Positions 43,503 to 52,631 of a stretch of DNA of 64,000 nt are shown here, in pieces (the first letter of the stretch is position 1; the number at the start of each line of letters is the position of its first letter). The DNA lies in assembly GCF_965228715.1 (NCBI RefSeq), contig NZ_OZ245833.1, one strand, 5' to 3'. A program made the translations under genes and the position numbers. The notes below the pieces were generated by a model. The model did not search any database, was not told where the DNA came from, and saw nothing but the letters and a program-made list of their open reading frames with translations. This DNA comes from Stappia sp. (GTDB lineage: Bacteria > Pseudomonadota > Alphaproteobacteria > Rhizobiales > Stappiaceae).

Positions 43503-43721
43503 ATGAGCCAGACGACGCCGGACAGCCTGACGCTGTCGCCCAACATTCCCGATCCCGACGGTTTCTACGCCGAGCTCCTCGGCCTGCACGAGGGGCTTTC
43601 GCGCGAGGAGAGCGAGGCGCTCAACGCGCGCCTCGTCCTCGTGTTGGCCAATCACGTCGGCGACCGGGAGATCCTCCGCGCGGCTCTTGCCGCGGCGAAA
43701 GAGGTCACGCCCACGGGCTGA
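43503..43721 (+). CDS. DUF2783-like small protein
   Basis: NIPDPDGFYAELLGLH...LNARLVLVLANHVGD. Confidence 0.8.
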   Translation: MSQTTPDSLTLSPNIPDPDGFYAELLGLHEGLSREESEALNARLVLVLANHVGDREILRAALAAAKEVTPTG

Positions 43722-43830
43722 CCCCTGCAAGACCGGCGGCGCGCGACGGGCTGAGGGGCCTCGCGCGCGCGGCCAGCACAGAACGCGGACGGGGCGTTCC
43801 CATTTTCGACACGAAACGGGAGAGCCCGAC

Positions 43831-44403
43831 ATGAGTGCTGCACAGAACCTGAAGATCGACCGGATCCACCACGTCGCCTATCGCTGCAAGGACGCGAAGG
43901 AAACGGTGAACTGGTACGTCGACAACCTGAACATGGGCTTCGTGCTCGCCATCGCCGAGGACCGCGTGCCCTCGACCCATGAGCCCGATCCCTACATGCA
44001 CGTCTTCCTCGATGCGGGGCAGGGCAACGTGCTTGCCTTCTTCGAGCTCCCTACCAAGCCGGAGATGGGCAAGGACCCCAACACGCCGGAGTGGGTCCAG
44101 CACATCGCCTTCAAGGTGAAGGATCGTGAGACGCTGGTCGGCTACAAGGAAAAGCTCGAGGCCAACGGCATCGAGGTGCTCGGTGTCACCGACCATTCGA
44201 TCTTCCATTCGATCTACTTCTTCGATCCCAACGGCCACCGGGTCGAGCTTGCCTGCCCGGATCCCGAGGAAGAGGACATGCTCGCCAGGCTCGACTCGGT
44301 GAAGTGGGACATGCTCGAGGAATGGTCGAAGACCAAGCGGGCACCCCAGCACGCCGCCTGGCTGCACGCCAAGGAACTGAAGAAGGACACGGCGGACGCC
44401 TGA
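43831..44403 (+). CDS. VOC/glyoxalase-family protein
   Basis: IHHVAYRCKD, LAFFE, QHIAF, HSIYFFDPNGHRVEL. Confidence 0.88.
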   Translation: MSAAQNLKIDRIHHVAYRCKDAKETVNWYVDNLNMGFVLAIAEDRVPSTHEPDPYMHVFLDAGQGNVLAFFELPTKPEMGKDPNTPEWVQHIAFKVKDRETLVGYKEKLEANGIEVLGVTDHSIFHSIYFFDPNGHRVELACPDPEEEDMLARLDSVKWDMLEEWSKTKRAPQHAAWLHAKELKKDTADA

Positions 44404-44429
44404 TCGCCGGCACCGGGCAAGCGCGCGTC

Positions 44430-45269
44430 TCAGGAAGTGCGCCAGTCCCAGACAGGTTCGAGGCGCCGGGCGGCAACGTCCGGCGCCTTCCCGCTTTCGG
44501 CGCGCGGCGGGCGGACAGCCTCCACGGCCTCCAGCCGAAAGGCCGGCATGGCCGCATCCACCGGCAGACAGAGCGCCAGTGCGTGACGTGCCTCCGTGCC
44601 CTCCATAAGCATCTGCGCGAAACCGTAGTCACGCGGCCCCGGCCCCACGGGGTCCGCCACCCCGGGTGCTGTCCGGCAGCTTTCCGGTACCCGATCGGCG
44701 TGGCGGGCGAACGCCAGCAGCCCCGCGCCGGGAAACGTGAAGGAGAAGGTGTCGAGCGGCAGCGACAGGCCGAGCCCGGTCGCCTTCAGGAAGCTCTCCT
44801 TGAGCGACCAGAGCGTGAAGAACCGGCGCAGGCGCTCGCCATCGGGCAGGTGGAACAGATCCTCCACCTCGACGGGGGCGAAGAAGCGGTTCGCCACGGC
44901 GAGATCGACGCTTCGCCCCGCATCCTCCGCATCGAGTCCCAGCGGCCCGTCTTCCGCCGCGCCGACGGCGATCGCGACAAGACCGCGGGTGTGGGCGAGA
45001 GAAAAGGCCAGCGGGGGAAGCCCCGGAGCAACGCCCGGCTTGCCGTACGGCCCGGCCGAGAACCGCCAGTCGGCCGGCTCGATGTGCGGGCACTTTCGCG
45101 TCAGTGCCAGCCGCAACAGGCCGTGCGCGACCGTGTACTGACGCGCAAGATGCTCGAAGCGGAACCGGGACCGGCGCGCGCGTTCGCCCGCATCGAGCAG
45201 GGGATCGAGCGCCTCGGCTCCCACGAGCCGGGCGTCCTCGCAGACCCAGAGGATCGTATCCTGCGTCAT
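44430..45269 (-). CDS. Sfp-type 4'-phosphopantetheinyl transferase
   Basis: PYGKP, FSLAHT, LGLDAE, WSLKESFLKATGLGL. Confidence 0.9.
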   Translation of the reverse strand: MTQDTILWVCEDARLVGAEALDPLLDAGERARRSRFRFEHLARQYTVAHGLLRLALTRKCPHIEPADWRFSAGPYGKPGVAPGLPPLAFSLAHTRGLVAIAVGAAEDGPLGLDAEDAGRSVDLAVANRFFAPVEVEDLFHLPDGERLRRFFTLWSLKESFLKATGLGLSLPLDTFSFTFPGAGLLAFARHADRVPESCRTAPGVADPVGPGPRDYGFAQMLMEGTEARHALALCLPVDAAMPAFRLEAVEAVRPPRAESGKAPDVAARRLEPVWDWRTS

Positions 45270-45345
45270 TGCACCCGTCGTCGCCTCGCCGCGTGTCCAC
45301 CCGACCCGGAGAGTAGCGGGGGAACGGCTGCGGGGGAACGGAAGA

Positions 45346-46506
45346 TCAGGTCAGCGCGGTGACGGCACGCTCTATCCCGCGCAACTCGGCAAGCCCGCGC
45401 AGCCGTCCGACCGCCGGATAACCGGGCGTGGAGACCTTGCGGAGATCGTCGAGGATCTGGTGACCGTGGTCGGGCCGCATGGGCAGCGAGACCGCGCGGC
45501 GGCGCTCCTCCGCGACGACAGCGCGAACCATGGCCACCATGTCCACGTCGCCGTCGAGATGGGCCGCCTCGTGGAAGCTCTCTGGATCCTCCTCGCGCTT
45601 CGTCGCGCGCAGATGCAGGAAGTGGACCCGTTCCGCATGGGCCTGGAACATGGCAACGAGATCGTTGTCGGCGCGCACGCCGTAGGAGCCGGTGCAGAAG
45701 GTGAAGCCGTTCGCCGGGCTGTCGACCATGGCCGCGATCGCATCCATGTCGGCGGCGGTGGAGACGATGCGCGGCAGGCCGAAGAGCGGGCGGGGCGGAT
45801 CGTCGGGATGGATCGCGAGCCTTGCGCCCTCGCGTTCGGCAACCGGCACGACCCGCTTCAGGAACGCCTCGAGATTGCGGCGCAGCCCTTCGGCGCCCAG
45901 CCCGCCATAGGCGGCGAGGCGGGCGCGGAACGCCTCGATCGAATAGCTTTCCTCGGAGCCCGGCAGGCCGGCGATGACATTGTCGCAAAGGCGCTGGCGC
46001 GCATCTGCCGACAGGGCGTCATGATAGCGCTTCGCGGCTTCCCGGCGCTCCGCCGTATAGTCCGCGTCCGCCCCCTCGCGCTCCAGGATGAACAGGTCGA
46101 AGGCGGCCAGTGCCGTCTGGTCGAAACGCAGGCAGCGCGCGCCGTCTTCAAGCTCGTGCGCAAGGTCCGTGCGCGTCCAGTCCAGCACCGGCATGAAGTT
46201 GTAGCAGATGGTGGTGATGCCGGCGCGGGCGAGATTTGCGAGGCTTTCGGCCCAGGCGTCCGCATGGGCCTCCCAACCCGGAGCGCCGGTCTTGATGTCC
46301 TCGTGCACGGGAATGCTCTCGACCACGGACCAGGTGAGGCCGGCGGCCTCGATCTCGGCCTTGCGAAGCGCGATGCGCTCGGGCGTCCACACGACGCCGT
46401 TCGCAAGATCGTGCAGGGCGGAGACCACGCCGCTCGCGCCTGCCTGGCGCACGTCGCTCAGGGAAACCGGGTCGGCGGGTCCGAACCAGCGCCAGGTGTG
46501 CAACAT
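45346..46506 (-). CDS. uxuA: Mannonate dehydratase
   Basis: [48 protein letters not shown]. Confidence 0.96.
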   Translation of the reverse strand: MLHTWRWFGPADPVSLSDVRQAGASGVVSALHDLANGVVWTPERIALRKAEIEAAGLTWSVVESIPVHEDIKTGAPGWEAHADAWAESLANLARAGITTICYNFMPVLDWTRTDLAHELEDGARCLRFDQTALAAFDLFILEREGADADYTAERREAAKRYHDALSADARQRLCDNVIAGLPGSEESYSIEAFRARLAAYGGLGAEGLRRNLEAFLKRVVPVAEREGARLAIHPDDPPRPLFGLPRIVSTAADMDAIAAMVDSPANGFTFCTGSYGVRADNDLVAMFQAHAERVHFLHLRATKREEDPESFHEAAHLDGDVDMVAMVRAVVAEERRRAVSLPMRPDHGHQILDDLRKVSTPGYPAVGRLRGLAELRGIERAVTALT

Positions 46507-46573
46507 CGTTCAGTGTTCCATGTCTTGTCGAAAAGGCCGTCCGCTCAGCGGGACCGACCGGGAAAGGTGCCGC

Positions 46574-47323
46574 TCAGGACCCCGCCGCCACGACCGGACC
46601 GCTGTCGAACAGGTAGCCGTCGAAATGCGGGTCATCCACGTCGGACAGGTCGAGCAGGGTGCGGCGCACGTTTTCAAGGTGCTGCCACATGGCCTGCCGC
46701 GCGCCGGCGGGATCGCGGGTCTGCAGGGCGGCGAGGATGCGGCCGTGATCCTCGAGCCACTTCTTGCGGTAACCGCCGTCGAAGATGCGCGCGTGAAGCC
46801 TGGCCCACATGGGGCTCTGCTCGCGCTTGCGCCACAGTTCGTCGATCATATCGACGAGCACGCCGTTCTGCGTCGCCTCGGCGATGAGGTGATGGAACAG
46901 TTCGTCGCCAGAATAATCGCCCGTGTTCTCCTCGATGGCGCGGCGCTCCATCTCCAGCGCCTCGCGCATGCGCAGGATGTCGGCCTTGGTCACCATGGTG
47001 GCGGCGAAGGCGGCGATCGAACTTTCCAGCACCTGCCGCGCCTGCAGCAGCTCGAAGGGACCGATGTCCGCCCGCGCAGCCTGAGCCTCGCCGGAGGGCA
47101 GGCGGGCGACATAGATGCCCGAGCCCTTGCGCACGTCCACGAGCCCCTCGATCTCCAGCATGATGACCGCCTCGCGCACCAGCGAGCGGCTGACGCCCAT
47201 CTCCTCGGAGATCTGGCGCTCCGTCTTCAGCCGGTCGCCAACGCCATAGGCGCCGGAGGCCAGATCGTCCCTCAGGGCGTCCGCCACCTCCTCGTAGCGG
47301 CGCCTGGCCGGTGTATCGCTCAT
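46574..47323 (-). CDS. uxuR: GntR/FadR-family regulator, UxuR/ExuR-like
   Basis: ER...GVSRSLVREAVIMLEIEGLVDVRKGSGIYV, GPFELLQARQ, AMWQHLENV; next to uxuA. Confidence 0.8.
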   Translation of the reverse strand: MSDTPARRRYEEVADALRDDLASGAYGVGDRLKTERQISEEMGVSRSLVREAVIMLEIEGLVDVRKGSGIYVARLPSGEAQAARADIGPFELLQARQVLESSIAAFAATMVTKADILRMREALEMERRAIEENTGDYSGDELFHHLIAEATQNGVLVDMIDELWRKREQSPMWARLHARIFDGGYRKKWLEDHGRILAALQTRDPAGARQAMWQHLENVRRTLLDLSDVDDPHFDGYLFDSGPVVAAGS

Positions 47324-49161
47324 GCGGTTTCCTCCCGCGCTGCATCCGCGGCCTGCGCGTCACGCGCCGCGTCGTCCTCGCGACGCTCGGCGTAATAGGC
47401 GGCAAGCACGTCAAAGGGCTTCTTCCGCGTCGCCTTGTCGGCCGCGATCAAGCCCTTCTTGTTGTATCCACGCTGGAATATATTTTGCCGGCGTTCGACA
47501 CGAAAGTCATACAGGATCCAGGGCGACATGCCCTTGACGTAATCGAGCGGGCGCAGCGTGGCGATCTGCTTCTCGTAGACCTCGGTCATATAGGCTTCGC
47601 TGAACAGGCCCCGCCTGGGCGCGCCCTCGCCGATGGCGCCGTCCGCGCCGGTCTCGGAGATCACCACCGGCTTGCCGGGGTTGGAATTGGCGCCGATGGC
47701 GACGAGGTCCTCGAAATTCTCCTCGTACCAGCCGTAATACTCATTGATGCCGATGACGTCGATGTGCTCGGCCAGCCGGTCCTCGATGCGGTTGCGCGCG
47801 TGGTTGACCAGGCAGGCGGCGGAGGTGAGGCGGGTCGGGTCGAGCGCCTTCGCGGTGTCCGCGAGCCCCTTCATGAAGGCCAGCCGCGCATCCGTGTCCG
47901 GGTTCTCGTTGCCCACCGACCAGATGATGACGCTGGCGCGGTTGCGGTCGCGCTTCACCAGCTCGCAAAGCTGATTGCGGGCGTCCTCGTAGGTGGCGGG
48001 ATCGTCGAAGGCGATCGCCCAGTAGACCGGGATCTCCTCCCACAACAGGAAGCCCATCTCGTCGGCGATCTCGGCGGCGCGCTCGTGGTGGGGATAATGC
48101 GCAAGCCGCAGGTAGTTGCAATTGAGCTCGCGGGCGTGGGCGAAGCGCCGGCGCAGGTCCTCCTCGCTGGTGACCTTGCCGTGGACCGCGTCATCCTCGT
48201 GCACGGAAATGCCGCGCAGGAACAGCGCCTTGCCGTTGAGCCTGATCTCGTCCCCGACCCGCTCGATGCGGCGGAAGCCGACGCGATCGCTGACACTGTC
48301 CCCGCCCGCGGAAAGCCGCACGTCGTAGAGCTTCGGATTTTCCGGCGACCACAGTTCCGGGGCTGCCTCCAGCGTGACCTCGCCCCGCCCCCCGGCGTCG
48401 AGGGGAATATCGCAGGCGATGCCGAGGCCGGCGATCTCAAGACGCGCGCTCGTCGCGCCCTCCACCTCGACCTCGGCGCGGATGCGGCTGTCGCTGCCGT
48501 CGGGCACCAGATGAACGAAGAGGTCGCGGATCACCGTCTTCGGCGTCTCGTAGAGCGCCACCTCGCGGTAGACGCCGCCGTAGTTGAACCAGTCCGTGTT
48601 GCGCATGGGCACGCGATCGAGCGTGCGCGCGTTGTTGACCATCAGCATGAGCCAGTTGCGGCCCTCGCGCAGGTGGTCGGTCAATTCGCAGAAGAAGGGC
48701 GTGGACCCGCCGACGTGATTGCCCAGGAACACGCCGTTCAGGAAGACCTTGCAATCGTACTGGGCGGCACCGACGCGCAGGAAACGGCGCTTTCCGTCCT
48801 GCGGCGTGCCGACGTCGAGTGGGCGGGTGTACCAGGCGGAGCCCTCGAAGAAGTACCACTTCTCCTTCAGCATCTGCCAGCAGGAGGGCACCGGGACGGT
48901 CTCTCCCTCGTAAGGGTCGTAGTCCCAGGGCTCGGCGCGTTCTTCCGCGGCCATGGGTTCCATGGCGAACCACTTCTGGCGCAATCCGGTGTCGAGCAGG
49001 TCGACGCAGAAGTTCCAGTCGCCGTCGAGGCTGATCCCGCTTCGGCCCCCGGTGAAGATCATGGTGGAGCTGTTCAGCGTGCGGGTGTCGTAGGGCCGCC
49101 CGTAGTCCTCGTCATGCAGGCACTGCAGCGCGTTCTCGGCAAGGGGAGAGCGTTCGAGCAC
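47320..49161 (-). CDS. GH2 glycoside hydrolase, probable beta-glucuronidase, no signal peptide
   Basis: RLAHYPH, WSVGNE acid/base, NEYYGWY, SETGAD nucleophile, C-terminal YNKKG (NxK glucuronidase motif). Confidence 0.88.
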   Translation of the reverse strand: MLERSPLAENALQCLHDEDYGRPYDTRTLNSSTMIFTGGRSGISLDGDWNFCVDLLDTGLRQKWFAMEPMAAEERAEPWDYDPYEGETVPVPSCWQMLKEKWYFFEGSAWYTRPLDVGTPQDGKRRFLRVGAAQYDCKVFLNGVFLGNHVGGSTPFFCELTDHLREGRNWLMLMVNNARTLDRVPMRNTDWFNYGGVYREVALYETPKTVIRDLFVHLVPDGSDSRIRAEVEVEGATSARLEIAGLGIACDIPLDAGGRGEVTLEAAPELWSPENPKLYDVRLSAGGDSVSDRVGFRRIERVGDEIRLNGKALFLRGISVHEDDAVHGKVTSEEDLRRRFAHARELNCNYLRLAHYPHHERAAEIADEMGFLLWEEIPVYWAIAFDDPATYEDARNQLCELVKRDRNRASVIIWSVGNENPDTDARLAFMKGLADTAKALDPTRLTSAACLVNHARNRIEDRLAEHIDVIGINEYYGWYEENFEDLVAIGANSNPGKPVVISETGADGAIGEGAPRRGLFSEAYMTEVYEKQIATLRPLDYVKGMSPWILYDFRVERRQNIFQRGYNKKGLIAADKATRKKPFDVLAAYYAERREDDAARDAQAADAAREETA

Positions 49162-49366
49162 GGCAAGGTCTCCGGTGTTTGTATCGAGGAAAGCGGCACG
49201 ATGCGACGCGGCGACGCCGACCCATCAGCGTCTCGGCACGGTGTCCGGGAAACCGGCCGCGGCGTGACGCCGCGGCCGGATGCGGGTGGACGGCGGGCGC
49301 AAGCGCCTCGGGCCGTCCGGTCCCGGGAGGACCCTGTCCCTTTCGGGGATCGGGTTCGGCGCGGCC

Positions 49367-50350
49367 TTACTCAGCCGCCGCCTTGATGCGCTCGATCAGG
49401 TCGGCGACGCGCGGCGAGGCCTTGGCGGCTTCCTCGTGCATCGGCAGGACCTTCTCGACGAACGGCGCCTTGTCGACCTCGATGAACTTCACGCCGAGCT
49501 CGTTCTTGGCCTGCTCGATGCCCTCGGCAACCTGCTTGTTCCAGTTGTCGCGGTGGAAGTCCATGGACTCGCGGGCGGCCTCCTTGAGGGCCTTCCGCTC
49601 TTCCTCGGACAGCGAATCCCAGGTCTGGGTGGAGATCATCACCACCGACGGGATCATCGTGTGCTCGTCGTTGGAATAGACCTTGGCAACCTCGCCGTGA
49701 CGGGCGGAGGTGAGGGCGAGCGGATTGTTTTCCGCGCCGTCGACCACGCCCTGCTGAAGCGCGCTGTAAAGCTCGCCCCAGGCGATCGGCGTCGGGCTGC
49801 CGCCGAGCAGTTCGACCATGCGGATCGCCGACGGGCTCGGCTGGACGCGGATCTTCATGCCCTCGAGATCGGCCGGCGAGTTGATCTCCTTGTTGGCATA
49901 GAAGGAGCGCGCGCCCTCGACGTAGAAAGCCACGCCGATGAAGCCCTTGTCGCGCGAGGAGGCAAGGATGTCGTCGCCGATCTCGCCGGACAGGACCTTG
50001 TAGTAGTGGTCCTCGTTGGCGAAGATGAAGGGCAGGTTGAGCGCCGCGTAGGACTCCTCGAACGCCTCGAGCTCGCTGGCGTTGGAGCGGGCCATGTCGA
50101 GCGAGCCGTTCTGCATGAGCTCCATGGACTCGCGCTGGTTGCCGAGCTGGGCGTTGGCGTAGACGCGGACCTTGAGGTCGCCGTCGGTCAGTTCGTTGAC
50201 GCGATCGGCCATGAACTCCAGCGACTTGTGAAGCGGATGGTCCTCAGGGTTGTTGTGGTTCAGCTTGAGCGTGCGGGCCTCGGCGGTCGAGGCGAGGGCA
50301 GCAATGAGAGCCGCGCCGGCAAGCGCAGCAATGCCACGGGACATGCGCAT
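49367..50350 (-). CDS. TRAP substrate-binding protein DctP (uronate/sugar-acid type)
   Basis: Signal peptide, QLGNQRE, GARSFY, KIRVQ, YSALQQGVVDGAENN. Confidence 0.92.
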   Translation of the reverse strand: MRMSRGIAALAGAALIAALASTAEARTLKLNHNNPEDHPLHKSLEFMADRVNELTDGDLKVRVYANAQLGNQRESMELMQNGSLDMARSNASELEAFEESYAALNLPFIFANEDHYYKVLSGEIGDDILASSRDKGFIGVAFYVEGARSFYANKEINSPADLEGMKIRVQPSPSAIRMVELLGGSPTPIAWGELYSALQQGVVDGAENNPLALTSARHGEVAKVYSNDEHTMIPSVVMISTQTWDSLSEEERKALKEAARESMDFHRDNWNKQVAEGIEQAKNELGVKFIEVDKAPFVEKVLPMHEEAAKASPRVADLIERIKAAAE

Positions 50351-50600
50351 GTGGAATACCTCCCGAAATTGGTCCGGCCAGTTGGTTCCCGGAGGGGCCT
50401 CCCCACGCCGGGTCCTGGCTCCCGGCGGTCCCGCCCGCGGCCGGAGGACCGGGACAGCGTGCCGAGATGACCGGTTTCTTGATCCCGCCACGGCCAGGAA
50501 CGACGCGCGGCGCGGAGTGAAAACGCGCCCGGACGGAGATCGACCCGCCGGACCCGTCGCAAAGGATGGCCACGCCGGACGACATGTCAACCAGTTTTGG

Positions 50601-50618
50601 AAATTGGTTGACCAATTT
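50601..50618. promoter_or_regulatory. UxuR/ExuR-type operator
   Basis: AAATTGGT-TG-ACCAATTT, perfect 8-bp arms matching AAATTGGTnnACCAATTT; weaker related site at 50366-50383. Confidence 0.8.
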
Positions 50619-50746
50619 TGTCGAATGGGCAATGTGAAGCCAACAAGACATGAGAACCCGGCGGTCGCGAGACCTGCCGGATGGGGAGGAAATGCGTGGC
50701 CCCGGCCGATCCCGCCGGCGGACCCGCACCAGATGGAGGCCCCGCC

Positions 50747-51283
50747 ATGGTGGGACTGAAGGCCCGCGTCGACAGGACGCTCGGCTGGCTTATCTCGCTC
50801 GTCTTCGCGGTGCTCGTGGCCTGTGTGGTCTGGCAGGTGGTGTCGCGCTACGTGCTTGGCACGCCCAGCACCGTGACCGACGAACTGGCCCGGTTCCTGT
50901 TCATGTGGACCGGCCTCGTCGGTGCCGCCTACACGCTCGGGCAGCGCCGGCACCTGGCCATCGACGCCCTGCCGCTGATGCTCGGTCCCGAGCGCGCGCG
51001 CTACCTCGACATGCTCGTCATGCTGCTCATCATGGGTTTCGCGCTGGTCGTCATGATCTACGGCGGCGCCGACCTGATGGCGCGCACGCTCTCCACCGGC
51101 CAGTTGTCTCCGGCGCTGCGGCTGCCCATGGGCTGGGTCTACGGCGCGATCCCCTTTGCCGGCGCCATGATCGTCTTCTACTGCCTGTATTTCCTGGTCG
51201 CGCTGGCGCGCGGCGAAACGTTCCACCAGGGCCCCGACGAGGAGCCCGCCGGCGGAATAGCGACCGACGCTTCGCGCGACTGA
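50747..51283 (+). CDS. TRAP small permease DctQ
   Basis: WQVVSRYVL, TDELARFLFMW, RHLAID. Confidence 0.9.
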   Translation: MVGLKARVDRTLGWLISLVFAVLVACVVWQVVSRYVLGTPSTVTDELARFLFMWTGLVGAAYTLGQRRHLAIDALPLMLGPERARYLDMLVMLLIMGFALVVMIYGGADLMARTLSTGQLSPALRLPMGWVYGAIPFAGAMIVFYCLYFLVALARGETFHQGPDEEPAGGIATDASRD

Positions 51284-51293
51284 GGACCCCGAC

Positions 51294-52598
51294 ATGGATG
51301 AATTGCAGAGCGCCCTGACCCTTTTCGGCGTCTTCGCCTTCCTCATGGTGATCGGCGTGCCGATCGCCTTCGCCATCGGCATCGCGACCGTTTGCACCTT
51401 CCTGCTGTTCATGACGTTCGACCAGTCGGTCTACATCACCGCACAGCAGATGGCCTCCGGCCTCGACAGCTTCACGCTGCTGGCCATCCCCTTCTTCATC
51501 CTTGCCGGCAACATCATGAACCGGGGCGGCATCGCGCTGCGGCTCATCGAGTTCGCCAAGGTGCTCGGCGGCCGCCTGCCCGGCGCGCTCGCCCACTGCA
51601 ACGTGCTGGCCAACATGATGTTCGGCTCGATTTCCGGATCGGCCGTCGCCTCGGCGGCGGCTGTGGGCGGCGTCATGTCGCCACTGCAGAAGAAGGAAGG
51701 CTACGACCCGGCCTATTCGGCCGCCGTCAACATCGCCTCCTGCCCCACCGGCCTTCTCATTCCGCCGTCGACCACCTTCATCGTCTACTCGCTCATCACC
51801 AACGGCACCTCGATCGCCGCGCTGTTCGTGGCCGGTTACGTGCCGGGCATCCTGATGGGTCTCGGGCTGATGACGGTCGCCGGCATCATCGCCAAGAAGC
51901 GCGGCTACCCCGTCGCCCCGCGCCCCTCCATGCGCGAGGTGGCCCAGCGCACGGCGGATGCCATCCTGCCGCTCGGGCTGATCGTCATCGTCATGGGCGG
52001 GATCATCGGCGGCATCTTCACCGCGACCGAGGCGTCCGCCGCCGCCGTGGTCTACACGCTGTTCCTGGCACTCGTCGTCTATCGCGAGATCGGCGTGCGC
52101 GACCTCCCCGGCATCATCCTTGAATCCGCCGTCACCACCTCGATCGTGCTGCTGATGATCGGCTGTTCCATCGCCATGTCCAAGGTGATGGCCTTCGCCG
52201 ACATCCCCTACACCGTCTCCGACGCACTGCTGGCCATCTCCGAGAATCCGCTCGTGCTGCTGCTGGTCATCAACATCGCGCTGCTTGTCGTCGGTACCTT
52301 CATGGACATGACCCCCGCATTGCTGATCTTCACGCCGATCTTCCTTCCCGTGGTGAAAGATCTCGGCATGGATCCGGTGCATTTCGGCGTCGTGATGACC
52401 TTCAACCTGTGCATCGGCATCTGCACCCCGCCGGTGGGCTCGGCGCTCTTCGTCGGCTGTTCGGTGGCGAAGGTCTCCATCGGCCAGGTGCTCAAGCCTC
52501 TCATGCCCTTCTATGCGGTGCTCGCGGCGCTGCTGCTTCTGGTCACCTATGTGCCGGAAATCTCGCTCACGCTGCCGCGTCTCCTGCTCGGCTACTGA
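51294..52598 (+). CDS. TRAP large permease DctM
   Basis: LLAIPFFILAG, MFGSISGSA, GLLIPPS, TPPVG. Confidence 0.94.
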   Translation: MDELQSALTLFGVFAFLMVIGVPIAFAIGIATVCTFLLFMTFDQSVYITAQQMASGLDSFTLLAIPFFILAGNIMNRGGIALRLIEFAKVLGGRLPGALAHCNVLANMMFGSISGSAVASAAAVGGVMSPLQKKEGYDPAYSAAVNIASCPTGLLIPPSTTFIVYSLITNGTSIAALFVAGYVPGILMGLGLMTVAGIIAKKRGYPVAPRPSMREVAQRTADAILPLGLIVIVMGGIIGGIFTATEASAAAVVYTLFLALVVYREIGVRDLPGIILESAVTTSIVLLMIGCSIAMSKVMAFADIPYTVSDALLAISENPLVLLLVINIALLVVGTFMDMTPALLIFTPIFLPVVKDLGMDPVHFGVVMTFNLCIGICTPPVGSALFVGCSVAKVSIGQVLKPLMPFYAVLAALLLLVTYVPEISLTLPRLLLGY

Positions 52599-52631
52599 GC
52601 CGGGCCGCACACCGCAATCCGGACAGGTTCT

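Noticed and set aside
50351-51412. Apparent 354-aa extension of the second DctP
   Set aside because: Spans the operator region and is antisense to dctQ; the signal peptide begins at 50350.
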